From the NCBI GenBank assembly GCA_002269645.1, contig NIVC01000947.1, positions 310,001-374,000 of the forward strand: a stretch of DNA of 64,000 nucleotides, read 5' to 3'. Positions within the stretch are counted from its first letter, which is position 1; each line of letters starts with the position of its first letter. The notes under the pieces were generated by a model that was not told the DNA's origin, did no database searches, and was given only the letters and a program-made list of their open reading frames with translations. Positions 40,647 to 53,974 of the stretch are shown one piece after another. The position numbers and the translations under genes are program-made. The stretch is from Macrostomum lignano (lineage: Eukaryota).

Positions 40647-41024
40647 ATGTACAAGAAGAGGCAAATTTTATCCCCTCGTTACCTCTGTCATTTAATTCCT
40701 TGAGTTTTTTGGTTGCGGGTTGTTTTCAGATTTTCAAGCCGGTGGAACCCTTGCCCCCGTACGGCACTAACTCGCAGGAAAAAGTGCCTGGAAGTGCATG
40801 TTTACTCAAGAATCTAAACAACAGTTACTATATTTGGAAGCATTCTGGCCTATTTTAACTGCATGGTTCTTTCAATCAAAACATCGAACTGGTTATTGTA
40901 ACTAAGTTTCAAGCATTCCTAGCCCTTGTATATTGTATACTTGGATTTAAGTTGTTACTTAGTGAGACAGGAGACTGGACTGGACAGGAATACAAGACAG
41001 ACAGATAGATTGACTGACTGACAG

Positions 41025-41815
41025 ACTCTCCATCTTCTCCTCAGACTCTCCCCATCTCCTCCTATGACTCTCCCCCACCTCCTACTCTGACTCTCCCTCA
41101 TCTCCTCCTATGACTCTCCCCATCTCCTCCTCTGACTCTCCCCATCTCCTCCTCTGACTCTCCCCATCTCCTCCTCTGACTCTCCCCATCTCCTCCTCTG
41201 ACTCTCCCCATCTCCTACTCTGACTCTCCCCATCTCTTCCTCTGACTCTCCCCATCTCCTCCTCTGACTCTCCCCATATCCTCCTCTGACTCTCCCCATC
41301 TCCTCCTCTGACTCTCCCCCAACCTCCTACTCATACTCTCCCCATCTCCTCCTCTGACTCTCCTCATCTCCTCCTCTGACTCTCCCCATCTCCTCCTCTG
41401 ACTCTCCCCCAACCTCCTACTCATACTCTCCCCATCTCCTCCTCTGACTCTCCCCATCTCCTCCTCTGACTCTCCCCATCTCCTCCTCTGACTCTCCCCA
41501 TCTCCTCCTCTGACTCTCCCCATCTCCTCCTCTGACTCTCCCCATCTCCTCCTCTGACTCTCCCCATCTCCTCCTCTGACTCTCCCCATCTCCTCCTCTG
41601 ACTCTCCCCATCTCCTCCTCTGACTCTCCCCATCTCCTCCTCTGACTCTCCCCATCTCCTCCTCTGACTCTCCCCATCTCCTCCTCTGAATCTCCCCATC
41701 TCTTCCTCTGACTCTCCCCATCTCCTCCTCTGACTCTCCCCATCTCCTCCTCTGACTCTCCCCATCTCCTCCTCTGACTCTCCCCATCTCCTCCTCTGAC
41801 TCTCCCCATCTCCCT
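41025..41815. repeat. 22-bp minisatellite CATCTCCTCCTCTGACTCTCCC, about 35 copies
   Basis: Unit differs from the 35163-36000 array only by 2 extra C. Confidence 0.95.
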
Positions 41816-42221
41816 TTAGAGTCAGAACACGCGGTCAGACTGGCAGACAGGTATGCAGACATGCAGCGGCAATATTTTATCAATTCATTGCGCAATCATT
41901 TTCTGAGTCATTTTGAGCCGCTAAGTCTCAGCCTAAGCGACACATTGTTGCTAAGATGCGCAGTGCACCCGAATTTAGCTTTAGACCAGAAATGCCAAGT
42001 TGACCAAAAATGATTTATATCATACTGAGCTGGGTGACGCAACTCTGGGTCCACGCGCCATTGTGTGAGCAGCAATACTAATTAATTAGAGTATCAGATT
42101 TAAGCTCTTTTCGACTGACTGGCTGGACAATGGATTGTTTGTTGTTGCTATGCTGTGCTGAGACTCTGAGCTCTGACTCCATTCCGGCTTAGTTACGTCT
42201 GTTTAGACTTAAGATATACAA

Positions 42222-44255
42222 TCTCTATCAGGTTTAAAATGGCACTCTCTATCAGGTTTGAAATGGCACTCTCTATCAGGTTTAAAATGGAACTCTCTAT
42301 CAGGTTTAAAATGGCACTCCCTATCAAGTTTGAAATGGCACTCTCTATCAGGTTTAATATGGCACTCTCTATCAGGTTTAATATGGCACTCTCTATCAGG
42401 TTTAAAATGGCACTCTCTATCAGGTTTGAAATGGCACTCTCTATCAGGTTTAAAATGGAACTCTCTATCAGGTTTAAAATGGCACTCTCTATCAGGTTTA
42501 AAATGGCACTCTCTATCAGGTTTGAAATGGCACTCTCTATCAGGTTTAATATGGCACTCTCTATCAGGTTTGAAATGGCACTCTCTATCAGGTTTAATAT
42601 GGCACTCTCTATCAGGTTTAAAATGGCACTCTCTATCAGGTTTAATATGGCACTCTCTATCAGGTTTAATATGGCACTCTCTATCAGGTTTAAAATGGCA
42701 CTCTCTATCAGGTTTAATATGGCACTCTCTATCAGGTTTAATATGGCACTCTCTATCAGGTTTGAAATGGCACTCTCTATCAGGTTTAATATGGCACTCT
42801 CTATCAGGTTTAAAATGGCACTCTCTATCAGGTTTAATATGGCACTCTCTATCAGGTTTAAAATGGCACTCTCTATCAGGTTTGAAATGGCACTCTCTAT
42901 CAGGTTTAAAATGGAACTCTCTATCAGGTTTAAAATGGCACTCCCTATCAAGTTTGAAATGGCACTCTCTATCAGGTTTAATATGGCACTCTCTATCAGG
43001 TTTAAAATGGCACTCTCTATCAGGTTTAAAATGGCACTCTCTATCAGGTTTGAAATGGCACTCTCTATCAGGTTTAAAATGGAACTCTATCAGGTTTAAA
43101 ATGGCACTCTCTATCAGGTTTAAAATGGCACTCTCTATCAGGTTTGAAATGGCACTCTCTATCAGGTTTAATATGGCACTCTCTATCAGGTTTGAAATGG
43201 CACTCTCTATCAGGTTTAATATGGCACTCTCTATCAGGTTTAAAATGGCACTCTCTATCAGGTTTAATATGGCACTCTCTATCAGGTTTAAAATGGCACT
43301 CTCTATCAGGTTTAAAATGGCACTCTCTATCAGGTTTAATATGGCACTCTCTATCAGGTTTAATATGGCACTCTCTATCAGGTTTGAAATGGCACTCTCT
43401 ATCAGGTTTAATATGGCACTCTCTATCAGGTTTAAAATGGCACTCTCTATCAGGTTTAATATGGCACTCTCTATCAGGTTTAATATGGCACTCTCTATCA
43501 GGTTTAATATGGCACTCTCTATCAGGTTTAAAATGGCACTCTCTATCAGGTTTAATATGGCACTCTCTATCAGGTTTAATATGGCACTCTCTATCAGGTT
43601 TGAAATGGCACTCTCTATCAGGTTTAATATGGCACTCTCTATCAGGTTTAAAATGGCACTCTCTATCAGGTTTAATATGGCACTCTCTATCAGGTTTAAT
43701 ATGGCACTCTCTATCAGGTTTAATATGGCACTCTCTATCAGGTTTAATATGGCACTCTCTATCAGGTTTAATATGGCACTCTCTATCAGGTTTGATATGG
43801 CACTCTCTATCAGGTTTGAAATGGCACTCTCTATCAGGTTTAATATGGCACTCTCTATAAGGTTTGAAATGGCACTCTCTATCAGGTTTGAAATGGCACT
43901 CTATCAGGTTTAATATGGCACTCTCTATAAGGTTTGAAATGGCACTCTCCAAGATTCAAAATGGCACTCTCTCAGAGTCAAAATGGCACTCTCCAAGATT
44001 CAAAATGGCACTCTCTCAGAGTCAAAATGGCACTCTCTCAGATTCAAAATGGCACTCTCTCAGATTCAAAATGGCACTCTCCCAGATTCAAAATGGCACT
44101 CTCCAAGATTCAAAATGGCACTCTCTCAGAGTCAAAATGGCACTCTCTCAGATTCAAAATGGCACTCTCTCAGATTCAAAATGGCACTCTCCCAGATTCA
44201 AAATGGCACTCTCCAAGATTCAAAATGGCACTCTCTCAGAGTCAAAATGGCACTT
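42222..44255. repeat. 24-bp minisatellite ATGGCACTCTCTATCAGGTTTAAW (about 70 copies) switching at about 43945 to about 22-bp AAAATGGCACTCTCTCAGATTC
   Basis: Tandem periodicity; source of the MALSIRF ORFs. Confidence 0.95.
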
Positions 44256-44954
44256 TATCAGCTTTAAAAAGGCTCTCTAAAACTGAAATTATTACACTAA
44301 CAGATCCTCAAGCTTAAACTCAACGTACATTTTTAACTGAACTCAAAAAGCTAGCAGAAGTGACTCCATGAGACATGAGAGTTACATGCATGCACGGTGG
44401 TGTGACACAATATCCATTGAACGACCTCACTAAACTGTTCAACTATAGTTACATAATCCCTTGTCGGTGGTCGACCTAGAATGATTTGAGTTGGCTCAGA
44501 GGACTCCATTTCTGAGTAGCACGTTGAGTTCGTGTTAGGGGGGGGGGAGCGAACCAACTGACTGTCTTTGTCTGCCCCTGGTCCTGAGTCTCAGCCAACC
44601 CCTATCACCCCTTCAACTAAACTGAGTCGCAGCAGGTGATACAACCGGCACACACACAATTCATATACAATATTTAAACAAGGAATTCCACTGGTAGCCA
44701 ACATTGAGGCTTCGCTTCTGCTGGGACAGTCAATCAGGTTTTGGGGGTCAACCATTGCGGCCTGTCTTTTTTGTTTTGACCCCGAGGTCAAATATATAAG
44801 CATTAATGGATCATAACATGCGGGTATTTATTATTTATTACATGTATGTGTGACTTAGCTGTAAGCACTTGCCAAGAACAAAATGTTGCGTTTTGAGGCA
44901 GTTTGTTTACTTAGAATAGTAAATACAAGAGATATTGGCCTCACCTAAATGTCT

Positions 44955-45298
44955 CACACTAGATTTCACCTTTTCTCACTCTCACAATAGATCTCACCCT
45001 GTCTCACACTAGATCTCACACTAGATCTCTCCCTGTCTCACATTAGATCTCACCCTGTCTCACACTAGATATCACCCTGTCTCACATTAGATCTCACCCT
45101 GTCTCACACTGTCTCACATTAGATCTCACCCTGACTCACACTGTCTCACAGTAGATCTCACCCTGTCTCACACTAGATCTCACCCTGTCTCACATTAGAT
45201 CTCACCCTGACTCACACTGTCTTACAGTAGATCTCACCCTGTCTCACACTGTCTCACATTAGATCTCACCCTGTCTCACACTGTCTCACATTAGATTT
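44955..45298. repeat. 22-bp minisatellite CACACTAGATCTCACCCTGTCT
   Basis: Tandem periodicity; a few copies recur at about 49290-49360. Confidence 0.9.
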
Positions 45299-45828
45299 CT
45301 AAACTAGGGTCCGAATTCTTGCAATTCTCAATTTCATCCGAGTTGTGCTGAAAGAATATTTTGTTTAGATAATTTTGACCCTAACAGCGTTCGCCATTGT
45401 ATGTACCAATCCATTACCGCCAACCATCTGTTCACGCAGCCATTAATTCCGTAACCAACAACATAAAAAACTGAAATTCGTGCAGAATCCCAACTCAGAT
45501 TCAATGCAAATCGACATAAAAAATCGAGATCGGCAGGAATTAGAGGAGGTTTTTATGGCTGTGGATTTATACACGTAAGTCATTAAATGCATGCACGCTG
45601 TGGTGGCGACACAGACTGGTTATTTATGGAGTCTGGACTGCGTCTGCCTGCCCTCATCCCGCATCTCGCACATGCAGGGGAGACCGCAAAATGAGTCAAT
45701 TGATGTAAAAAATCAAATACGTCCTTCTGTGGCTTCTCTTGGGGTCTTGATTCTAATCTGCATATGGCGCATGGGTCTTTGTCTGGCGTTGCCTTGTCGG
45801 TTGCGGGCTGAATGAGCATGGAGGTTTC

Positions 45829-46110
<282 letters not shown>

Positions 46111-47384
46111 ATCTACCTATCCAGAAACCTATCTCAATCCGTGGCCATGAGATTTAGAATGACTAATTTCCCCAAGATGGCCTTAAACTGCACTTCAAGA
46201 GCACCCCCCCCCCACCTCGGCTGCTGCCACGTTCTCCCCCACCCCATCCTGCCCCTCTACCTGACTCACTGACCACAGTCGCGGGCCTTTCCATGACGCA
46301 CTAATCGATTTCAGCCACTAATGGCGTCAACACCGCCTGTCAGTGCTTGCCTGTATCGCGTGTAGCATTTTCAAATACAGCCGCTTAAGTACGGACGGAA
46401 ACGGGCCGACGCGCGAGGCCGTTCTGAGGACTGGGGGGCTGCGGGTGAAGCTTAAAAACACGTCATAGGGGGTTGTGTTCCAGAAATAGACTGTGGCTCA
46501 CATTGGCTGCGCTACAATAATATGGCTGCAAACGAACGCAGGGAAACTGCAAGTGCAAGGCTTCTTGTCAGAGTGTGACTCTTCACTGGTAGACTTGCAG
46601 CTGCCTGCTGTGCTGGCGACAGTATGATGACGCTGTTTAGTCTGTATCCTGTCTCAGTCTCTACGACTATCTCTAACTCTATCCTATCTCTCTCCTATCT
46701 GTCTCTATCTCTATCTTTATCCTATCTGTATCTCTATGACTATCTCTGTCTGTATCTAACTCTATGATTTTTTCTGTCTATATCTCTATCTCTATCTATG
46801 TCCCTATCTTCATGTCTATCTCTGATTTGAATATATATATATATATAATTTATTAGCTAGATAGGCCCATGGATGCATACAGGTCTAAAATGCAGTGTCT
46901 CCCCCCCCCCCCAAGTTTTTTATCTCCCAACAGCTCTTTGTCCTCCCGTCCCCAGCAGAGACCGGTGGTCATATATCATATTAGCAAGGCCAGCCAGCAT
47001 GGAAGTCCAAATTAAGACATGGCTTTGGGTTGCGGGATTTGGGCAAGGGAGAAAACTCACGCTATTTTGGGAAGCGGCTGTCTGTGAGTCACCACAGAGA
47101 GCCTTGAGGGAGGGAGGGAGATGGTAAAGTGCAGACCTGGACGGAACAGAGGAACCCTTCTCTCCCTCTCTCTCTTTGTCGATGGAGCGAGGGGTGCCTT
47201 CCATATCTCTCTCTCTCTCCCAGGGTGCAACAAAGAGCGGTTTTCTTAGTCTATCTAGAATTTGTGCAGTTTGTGACCATGACTAGTCTTTCAGTTTTTT
47301 GCTTGTGTGTTTGTATTGCGATTGGAGACAAAGCCCACTTTATTTGTTGCATTTGGATTGCCAGTTGTAGCTATACCTCAGTTT

Positions 47385-47530
47385 TGGAGTGGCGCCGTTT
47401 CAGAGTGGCGCCGTTTCAGAGTGGCGCCGTTTTTGGAGTGGCGCCACTTTTTGAGTGGCGCCGTTTTTGGAGTGGCGCCGTTTTTGGAGTGGCGCCGTTT
47501 TTTGAGTGGCGCCGTTTTTTGAATAACGCC
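47385..47530. repeat. 16-18-bp repeat GAGTGGCGCCGTTTTT, about 8 copies
   Basis: Tandem repeat with a GGCGCC palindrome core. Confidence 0.9.
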
Positions 47531-48004
47531 GTTTTGGCGGATGGCTCAATGGCTGCTGTTTTATTTTGGCGCTGCTGTAAATAACGAATTTTTTTACTAT
47601 ACAAGTGTAAGTATGCTGCGCCGTACAGAATTGGAATCTCAGTGGTTAGTGGTTGCTTGGTTTGGTTTGGTGCAGCCGCACTGGCACTTAAAATAGCGTG
47701 GAGAACGAGGAACCCAAGGGGGGCTCCCCAGGGCTTGGTCGAGAAATGGATCCCTGTCCTGTCCCGCAGTTAAGTCAAGCTAAAATTAAGGGTGATAGCG
47801 CATGCGTCGTGTCCCGGGGTCCTGGCTTCTTGAGTGATATGCCTGGATCCTTGCGGTGGTTGGTTGGATTGGAACCACCGCTTAACTGCGCAGTTTAGTG
47901 GCTTGTTAATTGCAGTCTGCGTTCGCCCGCGCACTTCGGCTGAATTTCCTCTTAGTTTCTGTCTCTTCTGAGTCTGCTGCCTGTGCGGGCTGGCAAAGCT
48001 GCCG

Positions 48005-49255
48005 CTCTCTCCTCTCTCGTCTCTGCTCTCCTCACTGCTCTCCTCTCTCGTCTCTGCTCTCTCACTGCTCTCCTCTCTCGTCTCTGCTCTCTCACTGCTC
48101 TCCTCTCTCGTCTCTGCTCTCTCACTGCTCTCCTCTCTCGTCTCTGCTCTCTCACTGCTCTCCTCTCTCGTCTCTGCTCTCTCACTGCTCTCCTCTCTCG
48201 TCTCTGCTCTCTCACTGCTCTCCTCTCTCGTCTCTGCTCTCTCACTGCTCTCCTCTCTCGTCTCTGCTCTCCTCTCTCGTCTCCTCTCTCCTCACTGCTC
48301 TCCTCTCTCGTCTCTGCTCTCCTCTCTCGTCTCTGCTCTCCTCTCTCGTCTCTGCTCTCTCACTGCTCTCCTCTCTCGTCTCTGCTCTCCTCTCTCGTCT
48401 CTGCTCTCCTCTCTCGTCTCTGCTCTCTCACTGCTCTCCTCTCTCGTCTCTGCTCTCCTCTCTCGTCTCTGCTCTCCTCTCTCGTCTCTGCTCTCCTCTC
48501 TCGTCTCTGCTCTCCTCTCTCGTCTCTGCTCTCCTCTCTCGTCTCTGCTCTCCTCTCTCGTCTCTGCTCTCCTCTCTCGTCTCTGCTCTCCTCTCTCGTC
48601 TCTGCTCTCCTCTCTCGTCTCTGCTCTCCTCTCTCGTCTCTGCTCTCCTCTCTCGTCTCTGCTCTCCTCTCTCGTCTCTGCTCTCCTCTCTCGTCTCTGC
48701 TCTCTCACTGCTCTCCTCTCTCGTCTCTGCTCTCCTCTCTCGTCTCTGCTCTCCTCTCTCGTCTCTGCTCTCCTCTCTCGTCTCTGCTCTCCTCTCTCGT
48801 CTCTGCTCTCCTCTCTCGTCTCTGCTCTCTCACTGCTCTCCTCTCTCGTCTCTGCTCTCCTCACTGCTCTCCTCTCTCGTCTCTGCTCTCCTCACTGCTC
48901 TCCTCTCTCGTCTCTGCTCTCCTCACTGCTCTCCTCTCTCGTCTCTGCTCTCCTCACTGCTCTCCTCTCTCGTCTCTGCTCTCCTCACTGCTCTCCTCTC
49001 TCGTCTCTGCTCTCCTCTCTCGTCTCTGCTCTCCTCTCTCGTCTCTGCTCTCCTCTCTCGTCTCTGCTCTCCTCTCTCGTCTCTGCTCTCCTCTCTCGTC
49101 TCTGCTCTCCTCTCTCGTCTCTGCTCTCTCACTGCTCTCCTCTCTCGTCTCTGCTCTCTCACTGCTCTCCTCTCTCGTCTCTGCTCTCTCACTGCTCTCC
49201 TCTCTCGTCTCCTCTCTCCTCACTGCTCTCCTCTCTCCTCTCCTCTCTCTCTCCA
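48005..49255. repeat. 19/27-bp C/T-rich minisatellite CTCTCCTCTCTCGTCTCTG(CTCTCACTG)
   Basis: Tandem periodicity. Confidence 0.95.
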
Positions 49256-50349
49256 TGATATGCGGGTAATTTGTCATTTATTCCATGTAGTTTGTCCCAC
49301 ACTAGATCTCACCCTATCTCCCTAGATCTCACCCTGTCTCAAACTAGATCTCACACTAGATTAGATTATCTCACACTCCTCTCTCCTCTCCTCTCCCCTC
49401 TTTTCTCCCGTCTCTCCTCTCCTCTCTCCTCCCCTCTTTCCTCTCTCCTCCCCTCTCCTCTCCCCTCTCTCATCTCCTCTCCCCTCTTTCCTCTCCTCTC
49501 CTCTCCTTTCCTCTCTCCTCTCCTCTCCAGTCTCCACCATCCCCTCTCGTATCTCTTTCTCTATTCCACCTTTCTTCTCTTCTAAATTACAATATACCCT
49601 AGATTTTGAGTGCCTGGAACACAGGATTATTACCTTAAACGATTGCATTCACTTCAATCTCTGTACTGCACTGCAGCAGTGCGTCTTTTATAATGCGACA
49701 TTTTAGAGTGTGAATCAGCAATAAATTAATACTCGTAGCATAATCTCTGCCTCATCTTCCTCTGTCTCAGCTTAGTTCAGGTAACTGTATAGGTATTGTA
49801 TAAACCCTCAACCTCTGTCTGCAGACGAGATGTCAGTTCAAAGAAGCGAATGGTCTCACAGACAGGCTGTAACCTGTCCATCATAAAAAGTCTTATAAGC
49901 CTTGGCAGCGGCAGTAAGGTAAACCCCTGTATTGATATCGACTTGCTTCTAATATAATCTTTGCTCCAGTTTTTTTTTCACCCACGAGTCGAGTCACGTG
50001 AGAGAAAAAATACGCCACAACATACACTTGAGTTCTTCTTTTAGCTGCCTTTTTTAACTCGGCCTGTTGCCAAGGCCAGAGAAGAGAGAAGGTCTGGGCC
50101 TGAGATTCGTCATTGGGTAGTGAGGCTGGCCTATGCAGAGAACTGTAAGCACCAAATGATTACTCATTTTGAGTCATTTATATACTAACTCGGTGTTTAA
50201 GTGCGAGCAGGGTGTTGGACGAGTGCCAAATGGCTATAGGAGTGCAGTGTGTGCACGACTCAACCGCTTAATGGTGTTCTGCCCTGTGACTAATGTCTGC
50301 CCGGTCCTGTTTCGCTATGTCCGTCTATTATATCCCAATTCCTTTATCC

Positions 50350-50600
50350 TTCTCTATCCCTCCTATCCCTCTATCCCTCTATCCTTCTATCCTTCTATCC
50401 TTCTATCCTTCAATCCCTCTATCCCTCTATCACTCTATCCCTCTATCCCTCTATCACTCTATCCCTCTATCACTCTATCCCTCTATCACTCTATCCTTCT
50501 ATCCCTCTATCACTCTATCCCTCTATCCCTCTATCACTCTATCCCTCTATCACTCTATCCCTCTATCCCTCTATCACTCTATCCCTCTCGACTATCCCTG
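50350..50600. repeat. 8/16-bp repeat ATCCCTCTATCACTCT
   Basis: Tandem periodicity. Confidence 0.9.
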
Positions 50601-51029
50601 TATTTTTATCCAGTCCCTCCATTTACAATTTTATTAATTTTTCTATTCATAAAAGCATACAGGTAAACTGCATAAATCTTAGTTCAAGGATTTCTCTATA
50701 AATAGAACCTTAGAGTTTAGAATTGACTTCGATTCATATGGTCATAAATTATACTCCGTCAGAGTTGAACTCAAAGTTGACAAGAATTTTATTGACCCAG
50801 TAATTTGGCGATCAAGATAACATCAAAGCCTTTGATTAACAAACACTTAATGCCTTTTTGTTCGGTCGGGTTCCCAGATGGGAGTCAGTTGTTTATAGAA
50901 ACTATACCATCTGCAAGAGGCTTTTAATATCTGATTCAGTTGGCAAAAATTGTTTAATAATTGCTTGGCTTCAGTGTCTGCGGCAGCTGACACCGTTTTG
51001 CCTCTTTAGGATTAAAGAGAAGGGTGAGA

Positions 51030-51400
51030 TGCAGGGAGAGAGTGGAGGGTGAGAGGCAGGTTGAGAGGGGAGGGTGAGAAGCAGGGAGTGAGGGGAGGGT
51101 GAGAGGCAGGGAGGGAGGGGAGGTGAGAGGCAGGGAGAGAGGGTAGGGTGAGAGGCAGGGAGAGAGGGTAGGGTGAGAAGCAGGGAGAGAGGGGAGGGTG
51201 AGAGGCAGGGAGTGAGTGGAGGGTGAGAGGCAGGGAGAGAGGGTAGGGTGAGAGGCAGGGAGAGAGGGGAGGGTGAGAGGCAGGGAGTGAGTGGAGGGTG
51301 AGAGGCAGGGAGAGAGGGTAGGGTGAGAAGCAGGGAGAGAGGGGAGGGTGAGAGGCAGGGAGGGAGGGGAGGTGAGAGGCAGGGAGAGAGTGGATAGAGA
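51030..51400. repeat. 25-bp purine-rich minisatellite GAGAGGCAGGGAGAGAGGGKAGGGT
   Basis: Tandem periodicity. Confidence 0.9.
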
Positions 51401-51457
51401 GAGAGACAGACAGAGACAGAGACAGACAGAGAGGTAGAGAAGCTGGGAGAATTTCAG

Positions 51458-51806
51458 CGTAATAATGGCACAGATATAGACATTGGCATACTCAAGCGTA
51501 TAAATGAATCCATTTTCAAAAATGTCTCACATGCACTTTGGAGACGCAACAACAAAATGACGAGAGGCCCATGGTGGAAGCAGGAAGCGAGAGACGCGCT
51601 TGCTGCGCTGTTTGAAGAATCCAGGGGTGCAGCAGGCAGAGAACTTTTGCAACTTCGAAGGCTAACATTAATTACAAAACAGAATGAAAGATACATTCAT
51701 TTACGAGATGCAGGTAACCAGGTATGCAAGCCAACATCAGCCCTGCAACTGCAGCGGAACTTCGAGTGCAAGTCTGGCCGGACACTGCAGTGTTCAGATA
51801 AAACTG
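51458..51806 (+). CDS. Unidentified putative coding exon(s)
   Basis: Acceptor atttcag/CGT, then an open frame of more than 110 codons: RNNGTDIDIGILKRINESIF...GPWWKQEARDALAALFEES...RNFECKSGRTLQCSDKT, donor G/gtgaat; optional in-frame 33-nt intron 51722-51754. Confidence 0.35.
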
Positions 51807-52089
51807 GTGAATATTTATATCTTTTTAACATTTAGCTTTTCTGTCTTTCTGTCTGCCTGTCTGTTTGTCAACATTAAGACGGTTAAGAATGTGTTATTTA
51901 TACGAACGTTTAGTGCGAGACAAAATACAGATGCAATTGAAGTTTCACTACTAGGTATTGCTATTATTTTTGTTATTATTATTATTACTAATATTATTGG
52001 TCAAGGATAAGTAAGTTATATGACACATTGCACCAATAATCTAATTAGCTCAGTTACACAATAAAGCGCAAAATGCGGGGATCGTCAAG

Positions 52090-52410
52090 GAGATATTCAG
52101 AGATTCTCAAGGTGAGATTCTAAGACTCTCAAGGTGAGCTTCTGAGATTCTCAAGGTGAGATTCTGAGATTCTCAAGGTGAAATTCTAAGACTCTCAAGG
52201 TGAGTTTCTGAGATTCTCAAGGTGAGATTCTGAGACTCTCAAAGTGACATTCTGAGATTCTCAAGATGAGATTATGAGATTCTCAAGGTGACATTAGAGA
52301 TTCTCAAAGTGACATTCTGAGATTCTTAAGGTGAGATTATGAGAATTCTCAAGGAGAGATTCTCAAGGTGAGATTCTCACAGTGAGACTTTCATGGTAAG
52401 ATTCTCTAGC
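52090..52410. repeat. Degenerate about 22-bp repeat GAGATTCTCAAGGTGAGATTCT
   Basis: Tandem periodicity. Confidence 0.85.
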
Positions 52411-53974
52411 GTGATAATATTTTTTAGTATGGGTCTCGGCGGAAATAAATTATTATGCGATATCAAAGCTGTAATTTGTTTAAAAAGGTTACCATCGGGT
52501 GGGGCGAGCGCGTGGGTATGGGTCTAGAGTGTCTTGAGTATAGGGGGGGGAGGGGCTATCGAGTGCCTGCGTTGCTTCTTTGTTGCTTTGATCTCTTTCG
52601 CTTTGCTTTCCGCTTCCGTGGACCTTCATGTTTACTTAACCCCCCCCCCCTTTTGTGCAATAATCTCAGGCTCCAATTGACGCGAAAGGCAGATAAGACA
52701 TTAATTTCGGCTTGGGGAACTTCGGGGGTCTTGGACTGGAGATGGGTTGTTGCCCTGTTAGTTCTCGTCTCGGTCGGGGTGCATTCCGCGTTTATTAGAG
52801 ATGGAGGGGGCTGACTGACTGGCGGGCACCCCTATAGGGTCTTTGTTCCGATTTGGTTTGGTGGTCTAAAAACTTCCACCCATACCTTAGTGTAACAACT
52901 AAATTGTAAAAACCGGTACGGCTTATGCGGCGTGTGCTTCTCTTTGCCCCCACACGACCCTGGACAAAGCACTGGCAGACAGTGTGCCCCCCCCCACTCA
53001 GCAGATGTCTTCAAGAACTGCTGCACACACAGTCAGTCATAACACACTCATTCATTCATTCAATTCGCTCAAATTGACATCGCCTACCCCTCCGCGTACA
53101 ACAACCCCCAAGGGCTCCACCCCTTAGTGCGTTGGTTTGGTTAGATTTTATTGCATCGGAGTTATTGGCGGCGCCGGATTTGAGGGAAGTGGGGGGGGGT
53201 TGGTCGTGTTTATCGAGAGGGCGGCGGCGGGGGGGGTGTCGGAATTCCGCGGCGGGGTCCCGGTGGCCCGTCTCAATGGCCCAATAGCCATTGAGGTTGA
53301 ATCAACCAAAATAGGCGGAGGGGGGTTGGTCGCCTTATCATTTGGGGCAGGGCCTCTGCTCTCTCTCCCCCTCGTCCGCCTTTCTCCCTCTCTCCCTTCC
53401 AAGGCCTCTTGGTTCCGCGCCCAACCTCTCTCCCTTGTCTTGCCCTAGATGGGGGTTGGCTTGTCGTATCAAACGTATAAAACGGCTCATATCTTTACAA
53501 CCGTTGCGCCTTCAACAAGGATTACCCCCCCTCCAAGACCAAACCCGTTTACCTCAACCCCCGTATTTTGCTCCAACGCAAGGGGTCCTAGCGTCCTCTA
53601 AGCGTTCATTCACAAGCTCTTAAGATTTTTTAGCTGCAAGCCAGGCCAGCAGCCAGTGCCTTTATCTTTGTCTGTGCCTTTCTAGATATAAAAACCAGGC
53701 AAGCAAGCAGCACGCGACAAGAAATCGACAATCGTGCGCTTTATCTCGTCATCTCGTCCGCATTGCCTTGTCTGCGACTCCACGCGCCACACAGCCCTGC
53801 GCCTTGCACTGGTCTTGTCACTTGACTTGCTTGAGTCAGCGGTAGCAGTTTATAATCTCTATTATTGCTAATCCGTCAATTTCGCAGCATTTTTCATGCA
53901 AAGGCCAATTATTTAGATCTATCTTTTTAGACCCTCGATTTTCTCTTATTGATTCGATATTAGAAATAAGCAAA

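Noticed and set aside
42193-44317. Long ORFs of 230-551 aa (MALSIRF / KWHSLSGL repeats)
   Set aside because: They are translations of a 24-bp tandem repeat whose unit is a multiple of 3 and lacks stops; no unique domain or splice context.
52455-53620. GC-rich region with Pro-rich short ORFs as an LTR/gag fragment
   Set aside because: No paired LTR, PBS/PPT or RT/integrase motifs; more likely a 5' regulatory region of the FLYWCH gene, but unproven.
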